The translations under genes were made by a program, and so were the position numbers. The notes beneath the pieces were generated by a model, which was given only the letters and a program-made list of their open reading frames with translations, was not told the DNA's origin and did no database searches. From IMG/VR virus record IMGVR_UViG_3300030109_003187, positions 3,213 through 67,212 of that record: DNA of 64,000 bases, one strand, 5' to 3'. Shown here piece by piece: positions 47,501-54,599 of the stretch; within the stretch, counting starts at the first letter, position 1, and every line of letters begins with the position of its first letter. The stretch comes from a virus.

Positions 47501-49389
47501 GTAGTGAGCCTAGAAGTTGCACCGATATTGAAATGTTCACCAGTTCTATCTATAGCATTGTAGTGAATCTGTACAAACGGTGCATAATCATAAGTTTCTA
47601 ATTCCGGTAGTATTAGTGTAGCAATTCTACTTTCTATAGAAGGTATGACTGCTTTGATATTTGTGTTTGAATCGGTAGAAGAAATAGATTTGAGTAAGAA
47701 AGGTTCTGTATCGAATTGTGGTCCACCTAATGCTAAAAGTCCCCTTTGGCTTTCATCTATATCAGCCATACCATTTTCCACAAAGGTAGATACTCTTGAA
47801 GATGATACTACATTGCTTAACGCCACTGGTCCGTGTTCGTCGAAACTAGACACTACTGAGTTAACGGGAATAATATCTTTTATGTTACCAAATTGAGGAA
47901 TGAATGTAGCCGTTACTACATCACTACCTGCATCTAATTTCTTTTCTACTATATGCGATTCTGTAGGAGGTAATGCTCCCATGAAAGGATGACTGGTTAC
48001 ATGGTTGAGTATGTGCCTACCACTGTGTCCTATCAAGAACTCTTCACCCATGTTAGTCGTACTCGCTGAAAACTGGTTGTATTCGTGAGAGTCAATAGCC
48101 ATACTCATTGAAAACATTAAGCCGTGATTTTCAAAATCACTTTCGTCTATGATGACCTGACCTTGCCTTTGTGAAAACTGAGTACCACTACCTTGTGGCT
48201 GGAACACATTACCATTACCGCCGTCTACAAGGCAGTCGCCTGTAATAACTACAAACTCACCAGCATCGTGAGCCATCAGCAATCCTCTTCGACCATTACT
48301 GGCCGCAGCAAAATCAAGGTGAATAGATTCTACTATTATATCCCCAATACTACTATTTATAGTAAGTAATCTAACTCTTTCAGGGGCTTTGTTAGTAGGC
48401 TTACCAGTCTTTGTATTGTAACCTAGAGGATTTATCAATAGGTTGTAAGGTACCTTTGGAATAGATATGTCACTAGTAGAAGTCGCTGCATATTTCTTTA
48501 CGGTGTAGTTACCTTGGCTATAGTCACCACCAATAAAACTTACAAAAGTTTTACCAGTTTGTCCGGTTAATTCTTCAATCAACACTGCGGCTGCGGTAGT
48601 GCCTATAGAGATTGTAGATTGACTGGTGCTGGCTGTCAAAGCAGGTGTAGCAACCCTTGTAGCAATAGGGTTAATTGGCTCTTCAAATCGCCAAAGTCCA
48701 AGAGTACTGTCGCTTTTTATTGGAGCGAAGTCACTTCTACCGGATGGCAGAGCACCTGCTGACAGATGTATAGTTTCAAGCGTTCCTCTGAAATCCCCAC
48801 CTCTACCTCCTAGGAACATCTGGCTTTGTTGTGGAACTAACTGATGCTCTTCTTCTAAGACCTGTTCTACTAACAAATCACCGTTGACATGCATACTCAG
48901 AATCTTTCTGTCGAATGTAACAGTGACATTGAGCAACTCCCTAGTACCATCAGTAAATGCACTGACATCGTTAGAGTCTACGCTAGACCCTAGGTTAGAA
49001 CCAGTTATGACTGAATTGACTGATGGGAAGAGTATGCCATCCCAATAGGCTAATGTTCCGTTAGCCTTGTTGACAGGCTTTGCACTTGTCAATGTGTAAA
49101 CGGAATCCCTACCAGTGTTTTTATTTTGTAACCTAACCTCAAAAGAAGCAGGTGCAGGGCTACTAGGTGAGCCTACACTCAACCTCATCATATTGTCTTG
49201 TTCAAATATAGTTCCTCCAGAATCTGGAATGAACCATGTCTCTAGTGTAAATGAGTTCATTGTTGCAGGTAACCTTTTTCTTTCTTCACTAGGCTTACCG
49301 TGTAGACTAGCGTTGTTGGTAGGTACGAGAACGCTATCGCTGATACCGTTGAATTTCAAACCGTATCCAGCATTAATTAGTAAACTCAT
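32566..49389 (-). CDS. Giant (about 5600 aa) virion protein, adhesin/tail-tip-like, with N- and C-terminal LamG/ConA-like domains
   Basis: Single uninterrupted ORF; FTLETW...MHVNG...LGLWRF and LSLWLRAD...IAEVIHY LamG patterns. Confidence 0.8.
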   Translation of the reverse strand: MSLLINAGYGLKFNGISDSVLVPTNNASLHGKPSEERKRLPATMNSFTLETWFIPDSGGTIFEQDNMMRLSVGSPSSPAPASFEVRLQNKNTGRDSVYTLTSAKPVNKANGTLAYWDGILFPSVNSVITGSNLGSSVDSNDVSAFTDGTRELLNVTVTFDRKILSMHVNGDLLVEQVLEEEHQLVPQQSQMFLGGRGGDFRGTLETIHLSAGALPSGRSDFAPIKSDSTLGLWRFEEPINPIATRVATPALTASTSQSTISIGTTAAAVLIEELTGQTGKTFVSFIGGDYSQGNYTVKKYAATSTSDISIPKVPYNLLINPLGYNTKTGKPTNKAPERVRLLTINSSIGDIIVESIHLDFAAASNGRRGLLMAHDAGEFVVITGDCLVDGGNGNVFQPQGSGTQFSQRQGQVIIDESDFENHGLMFSMSMAIDSHEYNQFSASTTNMGEEFLIGHSGRHILNHVTSHPFMGALPPTESHIVEKKLDAGSDVVTATFIPQFGNIKDIIPVNSVVSSFDEHGPVALSNVVSSSRVSTFVENGMADIDESQRGLLALGGPQFDTEPFLLKSISSTDSNTNIKAVIPSIESRIATLILPELETYDYAPFVQIHYNAIDRTGEHFNIGATSRLTTNISTATLTLQSIKSFGTDSAVIPAQKITIDGHKPFSSATNQTAKISHSAKTIVFSATPNNSSFNTAAVNNAIVKLADGSPKLLVSKTLPDVSTIVTGTTRIIDLMRDSMAIRPLALVAPGGLVTFDTPDLFPFEDGHLEGEDSEGIVGEDQLNLSLCPTNYLPQSSSDTPQTTPQAISVAQSELASRSSVFHKILVKTNLVRTDDFSEVAGVKFRKASNGSRGRIGLKINNSGGYSASTTAAMSVDGGTANQLIAVDDNIYKANGKLLGIVTAVTTNSVTIGAGIADAVVDDDELFIEPQSAGRGSTNQSTIVHEYFDIIEHKSRKNVTSLVVQPCNRSRFAQLSKVVTDKGIGNHITIEHLSSKGRVLSFGNDNDGNTVLRAHGLLSDIASSTVSVKGSASPDSHIVKEIMPGAPVVAITLGGAGQGAINTKETWDPSPLARLAWNTRRDCQTAVSATSSTTVTVLPLNNKATDLQSWGTYCFPKTGRIYLEIAGNQGEQIQFASAEYASKTGDVFTFASGSQLGTGKFLQADGSESDTFANWITATGIVKGSVLHVDDKFSEESMCNDGTTINDRLFQSLDTVQHDYQLGTQYASTRALVEIPLFEEFFFDNPDKGIFPGPDNSMKLHVDATHTAHSWSPNPVGRRPDSISPQDPEIFGPFSYSIQNKLHRSGTKVTQPYTTSDHKIYVEDANIFPIPTAPATDVAGISGGARYRRAFLPNGEWVIYDARNTTSHYLEVAGAHGDDFIASENFFRDLKVGAHLTPAPGYQDMNYNSIADNPSLISAGYENRRSFYYDRSNVMTQGGNTDYGLKQYVSAIELKAGPSTNPHLPKVVSKRPRANLTTNLGVPVSVTILSAGSGYTNGSHTNIATASGTGSSLTVDVTVSGNAITAASINTAGTGYAIGDTVTVNGAGGTNATLLVGVPLVLDDANLFPITTPNANYHYRVAFVNGSGAVKRAFYNNRVGNVLNPTNLDNGFTPLSGDEIYVEDLHVIPGNTTYPQVLETFLNRAWAHPYCPGGLRQGDTVWMNMHYTNPHAIEGLFCKSRGTLNEAEVWTGFNGGQGTLNNNPRDSIPLENFLIGNTCIETAKNLVQHINKTIGLNYEALENDAVVPVVAYLDPYQCTDDFVRILLYDVGHDREFIAFQDLHMQVQSSPAAAKIGSKVSTTAAGTIVNSVTGLGSQLDVAAGFPSQNKLLLATEKSDFIEASYAHASDINKSVTGGLSEHNVGGLGSIAKDSYSARTNPAVASASDSITDHQIIDSTSRESSTFFDTPDGTRVIPAFLAMKGIRNTTLDLTSHDETRLQYLNHWNQMDFVRRLSVDLGEVALKDGVTNIESAAREVVRLINQAGAKNGKTHARRPNDQFLGDGAKFDLTSPGPKSNAYGSNIDPAATHLHADFAATASTHDPAPFWDTSKAFSSHDRGTHMGYVRAHLGRVVLDSEDNPGFSIVIHSTIPGAAGRNFCTWLDSSKAQSPYRPQFLIGHGGRFRNYWCQPDEVTGENMHPAPMPINRFGRPFAPITTLKEHLPPENPSDPFINNLNLGADGIVGPGILADANIELVSGRNSNTLLNESFETKSPSSTLVDGLRVGTRAKARINFGGLTQAGIPGWAPDVSRWGYDNDGSQANFRTKYGSATNAARPMTETTVGTTGGYIPQDDMKKQNIGKSPLYGIRMVDHRGDNHTIRFVYRQFGESFANDNTYLPPTLDEEVVIHFDDRDVGQGGFTVGKHMVGTGEVCGELTGGTLQFFKGNLWNNYPSPHVGIHVTATLSGTTLEVVLTDPYHNGGSFSHPDILGYLGFPESGMLQLSDDAGTSGNQGMTTFYTSRSHFAKAGGTSNKHFFYGVTNATAIVTGGPGLILSPRINFTCLLTDEVMAAAVEYAINSSNSEQEGVEASSFDCTHMFAPDGKTLGDWGVSPTAIRIKTMADNKTPLSKLFEVDITKDFGLLDGASTDAAVSNKHTGGLSTSEMDAGTRLDIGYIPSTILQITTKYRGANANTATPVLVDSQNNIVDTTIWQRNLRGENFIDVAGDRIIPRIDSPSALISAASGTTNIDVAGGQTWALFGKLACNNAVSWGEPFLIRYSSDKYATVRSEPGSACVTRVVYVGNASSSNWSTPSASDIIFKGYADTYDAIKTDGIRRAGSKQSSPFLYFRGGRDSPDHWVPLYFGGGFSGAVVDINDGTQNDYGEFYTHPYSSGPTGSAGMQNIGEVAGSYALLDTNAMLAMFPGTPYLDQHKGQNHPPFFNQDAILTFDMAKGANTKVTGVTYTDSATNGSPNTVSVNIPSPIVLRFAHPHARYSSSGNTNNQTTYMIFGPGQAFPHNQAAHEPQGADIVTAGNGYSAVPIHYNNDATKDTFLPNQLANGDATEHSGFNRGAGGALADKVALAHLPMTTFFQKNNETAFNYVMNWQPTKGFPSEDSSATKSYDQTNVKAFYYEGSAVASARPKHFHPFNHVPVGFGGGAANTIGGSNFVKTRRSAAVWHMDGGYHPGGHFLDNHVSKNPDHPTGTAARIANGSGAARNPTVFRPCGLLAKAYLGYYGGAPTNQGVSNNIVIVDATRVQNAEELATIISASINTFPGTDPLKAMGGTFMPSMQNAHKQDRYGWVKATVQSYNQETDGDGGAAGTVVINGSFDKLPEYGWVRMSDGTNAYYAPYVSTSYSAPNLTLTLGINPGGSNKTNFVNPHNNTDLTSLAGGTTYEAYVWTKAGTHRYNNDSGNSARDHMTQVHFSGYVDAVDRTKAVGAVGWHGERYSYFNSLDITGNTYAAGLGAWHPFLGFNPYGAAETCLAGSSPAPVTGEGSLSAAFVSDFCVSGLSSRHLIVISHESELPLVAKADRDSITCTGDMLTMVGVGDSIHAGTIAWNTGKVHNKDRYVGPATAGPHVEVQIHKSQFRPSTADDYPAGNALPADAKWHRTIQSGDMVRANACRYPTGDLFWDESTVSQNSFHESQSTYATECIGITGATHYLSSSANQGNNGLFGYYSKRSAARNFLPEHVVWKRMDGGSLTMPAVNARGLGMIPWVNRKDSSATDYKMVGEKILGNVRFSFETTNAAMFPIIQAQELGHPQLAEQHPLEIRNALLIPNEHKQFESMVVVDDTGQEHRIEGGSPFGTVIMDFRHISDREIEGLAPALAGAGVNPNLKIRLPNPDEIPGNIVIRSGFDRIQGYQNETVGSGGLQHPAQNITQIRQMFSHEYAGPRVWPTWENNGWEHLSQDGTDISFTKSNTRLGFPASKKEGWEDHTDNNPLKSSFEPHDRSLYFHVTRMGTTMTHRYDLQELNFVDADISGGTISVNENPETSIWLDGTQLSGGRYFLRVYNPETGEGVIASYTHLASKKGFGTSSNKVVFSPDFEQFIIDNNDLNNSTLKVVPSYYVPAGTTRMFASRRLRDHSEYSGASPDMKKIDWFKMYSNLPANTGAFAANSIPSQYINAPRMTPMPIPRMGHHYITPTMALMPGHYAHPAYQSLYDLHQACKSSSHEPLSTSLTGIIKADRTSTANTVDTQGFSKDPLVWFSTPSAAYSPSDIHGGAFTLLTETKLKYEGYGVAASVGNNAGAVNAQGGHTLVLEAAATYTLNNHFPDPLEVGAYQIIIQPNVFKQQLKGFHQNHSDAVKAPSEAGSKVTELTGQQVNTVIAIEKDVNTRGAYALILSEAMMADVRGCEVILNEIILDIDPDPGSQFTNLPPLALYNPLGVQESSSPNFTRRSLPYRPGMFASSTPGRTLNIPWWSILHKDGAAAAAAAKFRYLEWHKPDNYYEFCRASYGSVGAQLTLAGYPTSFLDIYEPHKRNRSLNPHCVVITTAQGSGEIRVDNADLFPIVPYYGEVLEYTKNGVRYTAPYTNVHGTLATGDPSLTTKFNGVANTSATAGFWSNLAIGDILTLSKPYNYGSAESIYLDSDTSIVTRNLPQLANGSRDTNSLHPADAFLSMWHPNLGRPFTWYSDDASRSIYTKAGAADTPVDQKPYNHVPEHFETIHYHDFNYVSSKGPFALGMKWIAPPHDSAATGQVYTAAQIDALSDGDGTLNHQGGTSGGNKYNFFGMWPGGSHGGGATSRLESYGHSLIGWGSDTFGMDCETYQDSTGVTTLSLPNDRNRCFGYRMGVRQLYNRPRWSPYERGWLEVANTRAMLGYYNGPLIQQDSKTGGWDYVGFDTAQADVNFDALYVGILERITQVSSLLGQDQIGRQVRYSDGRRMTSSFGCPVRTVRNASTVTRMFPNDEEGQGIEELARAHRHYMVDWWGNTRGEDVRRFPVRGFGMRPSWDPEDAYKDTNVAHRPAANDLFGGDGGDRQSGNANTVNNDATNMGVVDWFNPASMLRVGDRGDGRGCRWPTVFNESLLMAISETHDASGIVLSANTAEPAYGQGLVRPSNNTLQAGEIERGISDRVDLDSDDGLLKPSAHVGEATETVNADIRGAEPVSRDDVRLGLDVDTVAELNDGVSREYVVMSTEAHSLHTDREVGQRTNIRGAYNFGSRTLKDLDMTALNWSSAPVTGVVKHSDAHAMWPLGGTYVMDWNKYSGNLDVKGWGQQIPQSGLSLWLRADSISVDDGATVSEWKDQSGNGRDFTQSTANDKPTFVTSDATFNNKPCVQFSSDDLLIKSFDTGLNTNEFTTFTVMCTNNDNNNYQVGYESRGFPSSIRMGYNIYANMSGSFNRWEFWAGQSSSWSAINSPNGTAVVNQPNILTVSIEGGNGAGGTVTAQGLRVDGTLATGLALSSSTLTPNYYKNTNEASQVGKVTDTGSTGTFPLIGKIAEVIHYDRKLTAAEINLVEGYLSSRYNITVTQNTWSPSNPYQDDGHNPISQNINFTDNNIQFLYRPAFGLDFKHSQMFRSYVALKGSSPQENSNFYRATAGGKYGMFTSDAPGARTGTPSSPPYAPVYTVDPDTSTTVPVSQGPKIPGVDVTGYDKSDITNPVARMVMSENTLEHFRADASRRSIDDDEGDYSVQPRHSQTLHPKGSKGDASYNTGDHSGE

Positions 49390-49390
49390 A

Positions 49391-51349
49391 TCATACACCT
49401 ATCACATAATCGGAGGCTAGTAACTCAAGGTCAAACGCATAGTAGTTGTTCCCAGCATCATAACGCACATGAAGTTTTTCAGGAATTATACGAATACCGC
49501 CACTATTTCCTCCATCTGCGCCGTTCTGACTTAATGTTATCCAAAGAGCGTCTTTTGCAGCACCCACTAAGAAACCAAAGATAGCCTCGACTTCTTCTAA
49601 GCCAACACTCTTCAAAATCCTCTCGTACCACTTATCTGGACTCTCATCACCAGTACCTCCATCACTCATACCTAGAGTAAGGTCAGTCATAGTTTGAGAC
49701 GCAGCCATTGAATTACTTTCTGATTTTTTGTCGCTAGTAGGAACTTCTCCAAAGGTGATAAAGAAATTTCTTGCTACCCCTGTCAATCCAGAACTGTTGA
49801 CTAAACTATCGTAAGGTATCTGTATACCTCTTAGCAAGTCAGTATTTCTGTTAGCATTAGAAACTAACCCAATCAAATCCTGCGCTTTATCTCCCGCTGA
49901 TTTTTTTGATTGTGTTGGAGTACTACCAGCACTGTGGAATTCTAAATCTCTACTAAACAAATCAGTTAAGTCTGGGCTAAGACTACTGGGGTGTACTATG
50001 TCTAGGTCAGGTTTGTAATTTTGCTCAATCGTAACTATTACGCCACTTCTAGTTACTGTGAACGCAGAGGCTAGTGTCTTATCACCCGCTGGATTAAATC
50101 CGGGTTTACTACTCATAGAATTTACAAAAGCCCCTGATAATTCAAATGCTTTCTCTACTTGTTTAGCCATTTCTAAAGCAGGGTTATTAGTACCGTCTAT
50201 ACCCCCAATTGGTACCTTAATAGTTGCATCATAAGTTGCGGCATCAGTGCTACCTCGCCCAAGGAGCGCAACCCTTGTACGAGCAGGGGTATTAGTATAT
50301 GAGGAACCTAAATCGAAATTTAACCTTATACCTACCCTAGGTACATTACCATTATCTGTAGTGGAGTTACAAGGTCCATAAGGACTGGGTGTTCTTTCCA
50401 TAGAACTATCTATAGTGAGTCCGGAGACAGGGGTATTTTCTAACCAATAACTGGGTATAATTTTTATATGTTGATTTTTAAATCTTTGAATTGTTTCAGG
50501 CGCTTCATTTATATTAACAGTAAAGCCTGTCTTCATTTCAGCAGCGTTAACAGCAGTCAATCCTAGCGTGTATTTTGCAGTATCACCATCATCTACTGCT
50601 GGGTCGTCAATTAAATAATCAGCAAACCCTACTTCTTCTCCTATGTGGTTAAATACTTTAAATGAAGAATGAATACGCTCACCGGAAATTAGAGTACCAG
50701 TTGTCGATGCGAAGTTTATAGTATTGCTAGAAATTGATTGTATAATACCGATTTCACTTCCGTCTTCTCTTACTAATCTATCACCTACACTAAGTATGTT
50801 TTCTGCGATTAAAGAAGTGGTAGTATAGAAATCAGTCACTACAATTGAAGTAAAGCCAGCAGAGTAAGATGTTGATGTTTTAAAATTAGTAGTAAGAAAA
50901 ACGCCTAATTCTTCAGTATCTATAGAAGCATCCTCGTAAATAGAGCCGGGGGGTGCTACTAAGTTTATAGTAGTAGACTGACCTTTAGGTATATCAATTG
51001 AATCAAGTAAGAATTCATAAGAATTAAGAGGGCCTCCCCCTCCAACTGGAGAATATAAGTTTCGAGTTGTAGGTAACAAGGCACCAAAATTTATCGCAGT
51101 TCTCATAGGTTCTGAATCAAAAGTGACAGTACTACCAGAATCTACATTGAGCCCTTCATCGTCTGTGAATATACCATTGATGTCAATCTTGATAGAAGGA
51201 GTGTTAGTGTCTACAGCGAATCTCTGTAAAGCGTTGTTGGGTGTAGGGAAAGCGCTGATATTCCTATTAACCGACATGTCTATGCTTTGAGCCACCAAGT
51301 CAATCTCATTGTTACCGTTGGCAAGAAGTAGTCTTATTGGAATAGCCAT
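49391..51349 (-). CDS. Distal-tail (Dit)-like protein, paralog 2
   Basis: Shares PIRL, KSxGDKAQDL, RGxQIPYxSL, RNFF and C-terminal YxF motifs with 51359-53917. Confidence 0.6.
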   Translation of the reverse strand: MAIPIRLLLANGNNEIDLVAQSIDMSVNRNISAFPTPNNALQRFAVDTNTPSIKIDINGIFTDDEGLNVDSGSTVTFDSEPMRTAINFGALLPTTRNLYSPVGGGGPLNSYEFLLDSIDIPKGQSTTINLVAPPGSIYEDASIDTEELGVFLTTNFKTSTSYSAGFTSIVVTDFYTTTSLIAENILSVGDRLVREDGSEIGIIQSISSNTINFASTTGTLISGERIHSSFKVFNHIGEEVGFADYLIDDPAVDDGDTAKYTLGLTAVNAAEMKTGFTVNINEAPETIQRFKNQHIKIIPSYWLENTPVSGLTIDSSMERTPSPYGPCNSTTDNGNVPRVGIRLNFDLGSSYTNTPARTRVALLGRGSTDAATYDATIKVPIGGIDGTNNPALEMAKQVEKAFELSGAFVNSMSSKPGFNPAGDKTLASAFTVTRSGVIVTIEQNYKPDLDIVHPSSLSPDLTDLFSRDLEFHSAGSTPTQSKKSAGDKAQDLIGLVSNANRNTDLLRGIQIPYDSLVNSSGLTGVARNFFITFGEVPTSDKKSESNSMAASQTMTDLTLGMSDGGTGDESPDKWYERILKSVGLEEVEAIFGFLVGAAKDALWITLSQNGADGGNSGGIRIIPEKLHVRYDAGNNYYAFDLELLASDYVIGV

Positions 51350-51358
51350 CTTATCACC

Positions 51359-53917
51359 TCATAGTATTATATCAGCCGCCATGAAGACTAGGCTAAACTC
51401 GTATGCTTTCATCTCAGCATCCCTGTGCATATTAAAATCTGCAACTAAACCACTGATGCCATTTTTTTCATGGCCCTCAGCAGTGTGTGAAAATTGACGA
51501 CTAGCATGTCTAGTGTTGGCAGTAGATATCTTATCTGTTGTACGAGCGTTAGTCGTAGTAACGAAAAAGTTTCTTTGTGCTACTTCTGTATCAAGAGTAT
51601 CTTTACCCTTTGTTGCTAAGGAATTGTATGGTATCTGTAGCCCTCTGATAAAGTCGCCCTGTGAATCTGGCGTGTCGTATACAGTCTGTTGAACAAAGCC
51701 AGTAGTCATTTCTAATAACGCATTTATCTTATCAGACCTACTGTTTTGTATGTTTAGGAAGTTGTTACTGTTGGCCAAGATACCCAGTAAGTCCTGTGCT
51801 TTATCTCCACCACTCTTAACTTTCTTACCGGCTTTGCCGCCAGAGAAATCTTGTATGACTGGTATTTGACCTGCCCCTAAATTAGTGATAATCTTATTCT
51901 TTTGACCGAGTGAAGTTGCATACTTTTGTGTGATTGTAAGTCTAGCATTGTGCCCGTTATATGATTCAGACAAGGCTACTGAGTAAACATTACTCATAGT
52001 AGGGGTAGTACTAGATGCGTCAATATCCCTACCTAACTGCATGTAAGTAGATGTAAGCGCTTTGGACATTAGAAATGCTATGTATTCGTCAGTTCTTGTC
52101 AAATTACTACCATCATCAGCCGTAGTCTTTAATGTTCCGTCAGCAAAGTTAGGAAATGCCGGACCAACAGCCTCTTCTGGAATAGGTACACCGATTTTAA
52201 GTTTTGCACCAGTATCTGCGTTGGCTATTGGTAAAATAATAACGGGGGCTACATCTGTTCCTTCAAAATCCGCAGCCCCATAGTCAATTGGCTCTATGTG
52301 TATGTAATCATTTTGAGCATGTGTACCTCCGCTTAAATTCAAATCCATAGTTATTTGACTAGCAGAAACACCTACTACTTCCCCATAATAATTATCGCCA
52401 CCACTTGTTTTTCTTAAAATAGGTGAAGTATTTGTAGCACTAAATGTAACCCTAATGCGTCTACCTTGAGCAGGTTCAAACCAATCCCTTGGGTCGCCAG
52501 AAACATCAAGAACAACTCTACCACTAGTGTTGGCTGGACTTCCAGCAGTCAATCTTAAATCAGTAGTGCGTCTTTGATTCAAAAAACCATGCCGCTCTTG
52601 TAGAGTAGGTATAAGTTTGTTATCAAAAGCAACTCTTACATGCTCTATTTGATTTGAATAACGACCCGTACCTGCATACTTATGACCAAATGCTAAACTA
52701 AGACCGTATTTTCTGGCAAGATAACCTTCTATATTTTCTCTATCACTAGTTGACAAAGCGCTACTATAGATTAATACTTCGTAAATATCTCCATTAAAGT
52801 AATTACTACCATCATAACCTATTCTCAAAGCACCACTACCAGCAGGGGTGTAGTCAACACCAGAAGTTTTAGTCCCTACTCCTACCCCGTTGAAAAATAT
52901 ACTGACCTTATCAGATGTATTATTAGAATCAGTGTCTTCCATAATATAAGAAAAAATGGCACCTTCGTATTTCCTCAAACCGATTGTAAAAGCAGAAGAG
53001 TCTTGACTATCAGCCCCACCTGCATCTACCCACCGAGCAGTAAAATCCGAGTTAGCAAATGTCGATTGTACATCTAAAGAAAGTCCGTAACCATTTGTCA
53101 CAGAATCGATTATAGGTTTATCACCTGTAGCAGTAGCCCTTGCTACTACAAACATAGTAAACTCAGTAGTGTTTAAATTGGAAGCAAAAGGTATTTCCAA
53201 ACTGTCATTACTACCGTCAAAGAATACACCTGTGTTACCATTTATACCGTTTTCTCTAGGCAGCGGTCTGTTTGCACTAGTAGACTGTGTGGCGTTTCTA
53301 TTAAATCCACTAGAATCAGTCCAAGTTCCGGTAGATTGACTATAGTTTTCCCCCTTCAACCATAACTGTAAATTAGTCTTGAGTGGATTATCTAAAACAG
53401 TATTCTGCTCTACCCAATAAGCCACAGGGAAATCCATGTACTTTAATTGCCAATCATCAAGTACACTATTACCAAGAGCAGAGTGAACCAAAGGTGCTCC
53501 GGGCCTACTTACGCCTCCACCTTTTCCTAACCCTTTCCCTGATTCTTTGACACCTATACCGGTTTGTTCACCGGCTGCCTTTTTCTTATTATACAAACTC
53601 TGCTCTCTACCAGATGTGCCTCCACCTTTACCTGCGTTTGCTTTTTCACTGATAAGTTGCTGAGGTTGATAAAAATCTATAATCGCTTGTGACTGGCTAG
53701 TAACTTCCTGACCTGTTTCGTCTGCAAATACTCCTTGTATTTCAACTGCTACAGAGGCTTGATTCAAATCTATACCCATCTTCTTAGCATCAAAGAATGG
53801 TATTCCAAAGTTACTGGCTTGTCTTTCAACAACAATGTCTACGCTAGTAGCGTCGAGAGAGATGGTTTCACCGTTCTCTTGAACAAGGCGAATAGGCATT
53901 CTCTCTCCCGGCTCCAC
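51359..53917 (-). CDS. Distal-tail (Dit)-like protein, paralog 1, with inserted LamG domain
   Basis: Follows the tape-measure locus; LQLWLK...IYEVLIYSSAL...GYLARKYG. Confidence 0.6.
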   Translation of the reverse strand: MEPGERMPIRLVQENGETISLDATSVDIVVERQASNFGIPFFDAKKMGIDLNQASVAVEIQGVFADETGQEVTSQSQAIIDFYQPQQLISEKANAGKGGGTSGREQSLYNKKKAAGEQTGIGVKESGKGLGKGGGVSRPGAPLVHSALGNSVLDDWQLKYMDFPVAYWVEQNTVLDNPLKTNLQLWLKGENYSQSTGTWTDSSGFNRNATQSTSANRPLPRENGINGNTGVFFDGSNDSLEIPFASNLNTTEFTMFVVARATATGDKPIIDSVTNGYGLSLDVQSTFANSDFTARWVDAGGADSQDSSAFTIGLRKYEGAIFSYIMEDTDSNNTSDKVSIFFNGVGVGTKTSGVDYTPAGSGALRIGYDGSNYFNGDIYEVLIYSSALSTSDRENIEGYLARKYGLSLAFGHKYAGTGRYSNQIEHVRVAFDNKLIPTLQERHGFLNQRRTTDLRLTAGSPANTSGRVVLDVSGDPRDWFEPAQGRRIRVTFSATNTSPILRKTSGGDNYYGEVVGVSASQITMDLNLSGGTHAQNDYIHIEPIDYGAADFEGTDVAPVIILPIANADTGAKLKIGVPIPEEAVGPAFPNFADGTLKTTADDGSNLTRTDEYIAFLMSKALTSTYMQLGRDIDASSTTPTMSNVYSVALSESYNGHNARLTITQKYATSLGQKNKIITNLGAGQIPVIQDFSGGKAGKKVKSGGDKAQDLLGILANSNNFLNIQNSRSDKINALLEMTTGFVQQTVYDTPDSQGDFIRGLQIPYNSLATKGKDTLDTEVAQRNFFVTTTNARTTDKISTANTRHASRQFSHTAEGHEKNGISGLVADFNMHRDAEMKAYEFSLVFMAADIIL

Positions 53918-53919
53918 AG

Positions 53920-54330
53920 TTAGCCACTCCTGTTGAAACCACTTTGCGTCAAAGAGCCACCAATCTTAGACTTGAGTTCCTTACTAACCATAGCGCTGAT
54001 TTCTTTGGCCAAGGCTCGTTTGTCAGTCTTATCAGTAACTCCGCTGACATCTATTTTGAGATTGACAGTAACATTGTTCTGTTGAGAAGCAGTTGCGCCT
54101 CCAGTAGGTATGGCTGTATCGTTAACAGCCTGCTGCATAGGCTGAGTGTTACTCATGTCTTTGAGAGATTTAGTAAGGTCAACTGTATTCGATTTGGTCA
54201 TAGCCATCGATTTGGTGAACTTATCCATCTGTTGCTGCAAAGCCTGCATGTTTTCCTTAGCCGTTTTGCTGTAATCGCTAAACTTCTTCATGGACTCTAC
54301 GGTCCTTGGGTCTATATTCTCGTCTACCAC
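53920..54330 (-). CDS. Putative miniature tape-measure protein (136 aa)
   Basis: Between tail chaperones and Dit; helical N-half and TMP-type end NNVTVNLKIDVSG...ALAKEI. Confidence 0.5.
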   Translation of the reverse strand: MVDENIDPRTVESMKKFSDYSKTAKENMQALQQQMDKFTKSMAMTKSNTVDLTKSLKDMSNTQPMQQAVNDTAIPTGGATASQQNNVTVNLKIDVSGVTDKTDKRALAKEISAMVSKELKSKIGGSLTQSGFNRSG

Positions 54331-54599
54331 TCGTCTTCCTCCAGTCTAGCCAATATGTCATAGCCCAAATAAACTGCGTTTTCAGCAGCCTGTTCTTCAC
54401 CTTGCATAGCCTGAGCCCAGTAAAGAAGTTGCTTAGCGTCATTGATATTCATTTCTCTCACATCCTTGAGTGTCATATTGTAGTGTGTCATTAGTAAATA
54501 TTCCATTGCTTGTTTCTGATAGCGAAGCCGGTCACTCACAGGTCTCCCGTTAATGAAGAACTTGATTTGTCCAACTTCGCTGGCCGAAAAACTAGCCAT
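54324..54599 (-). CDS. Tail assembly chaperone, -1 frame extension (lambda gpT-like)
   Basis: Overlaps the upstream ORF in the -1 frame; YLLMTHYNMTLKDVREM pattern. Confidence 0.6.
   Translation of the reverse strand: MASFSASEVGQIKFFINGRPVSDRLRYQKQAMEYLLMTHYNMTLKDVREMNINDAKQLLYWAQAMQGEEQAAENAVYLGYDILARLEEDEW

Noticed and set aside
28691-49389. Diversity-generating retroelement acting on tail proteins
   Set aside because: No reverse transcriptase and no TR/VR pair noticed by eye
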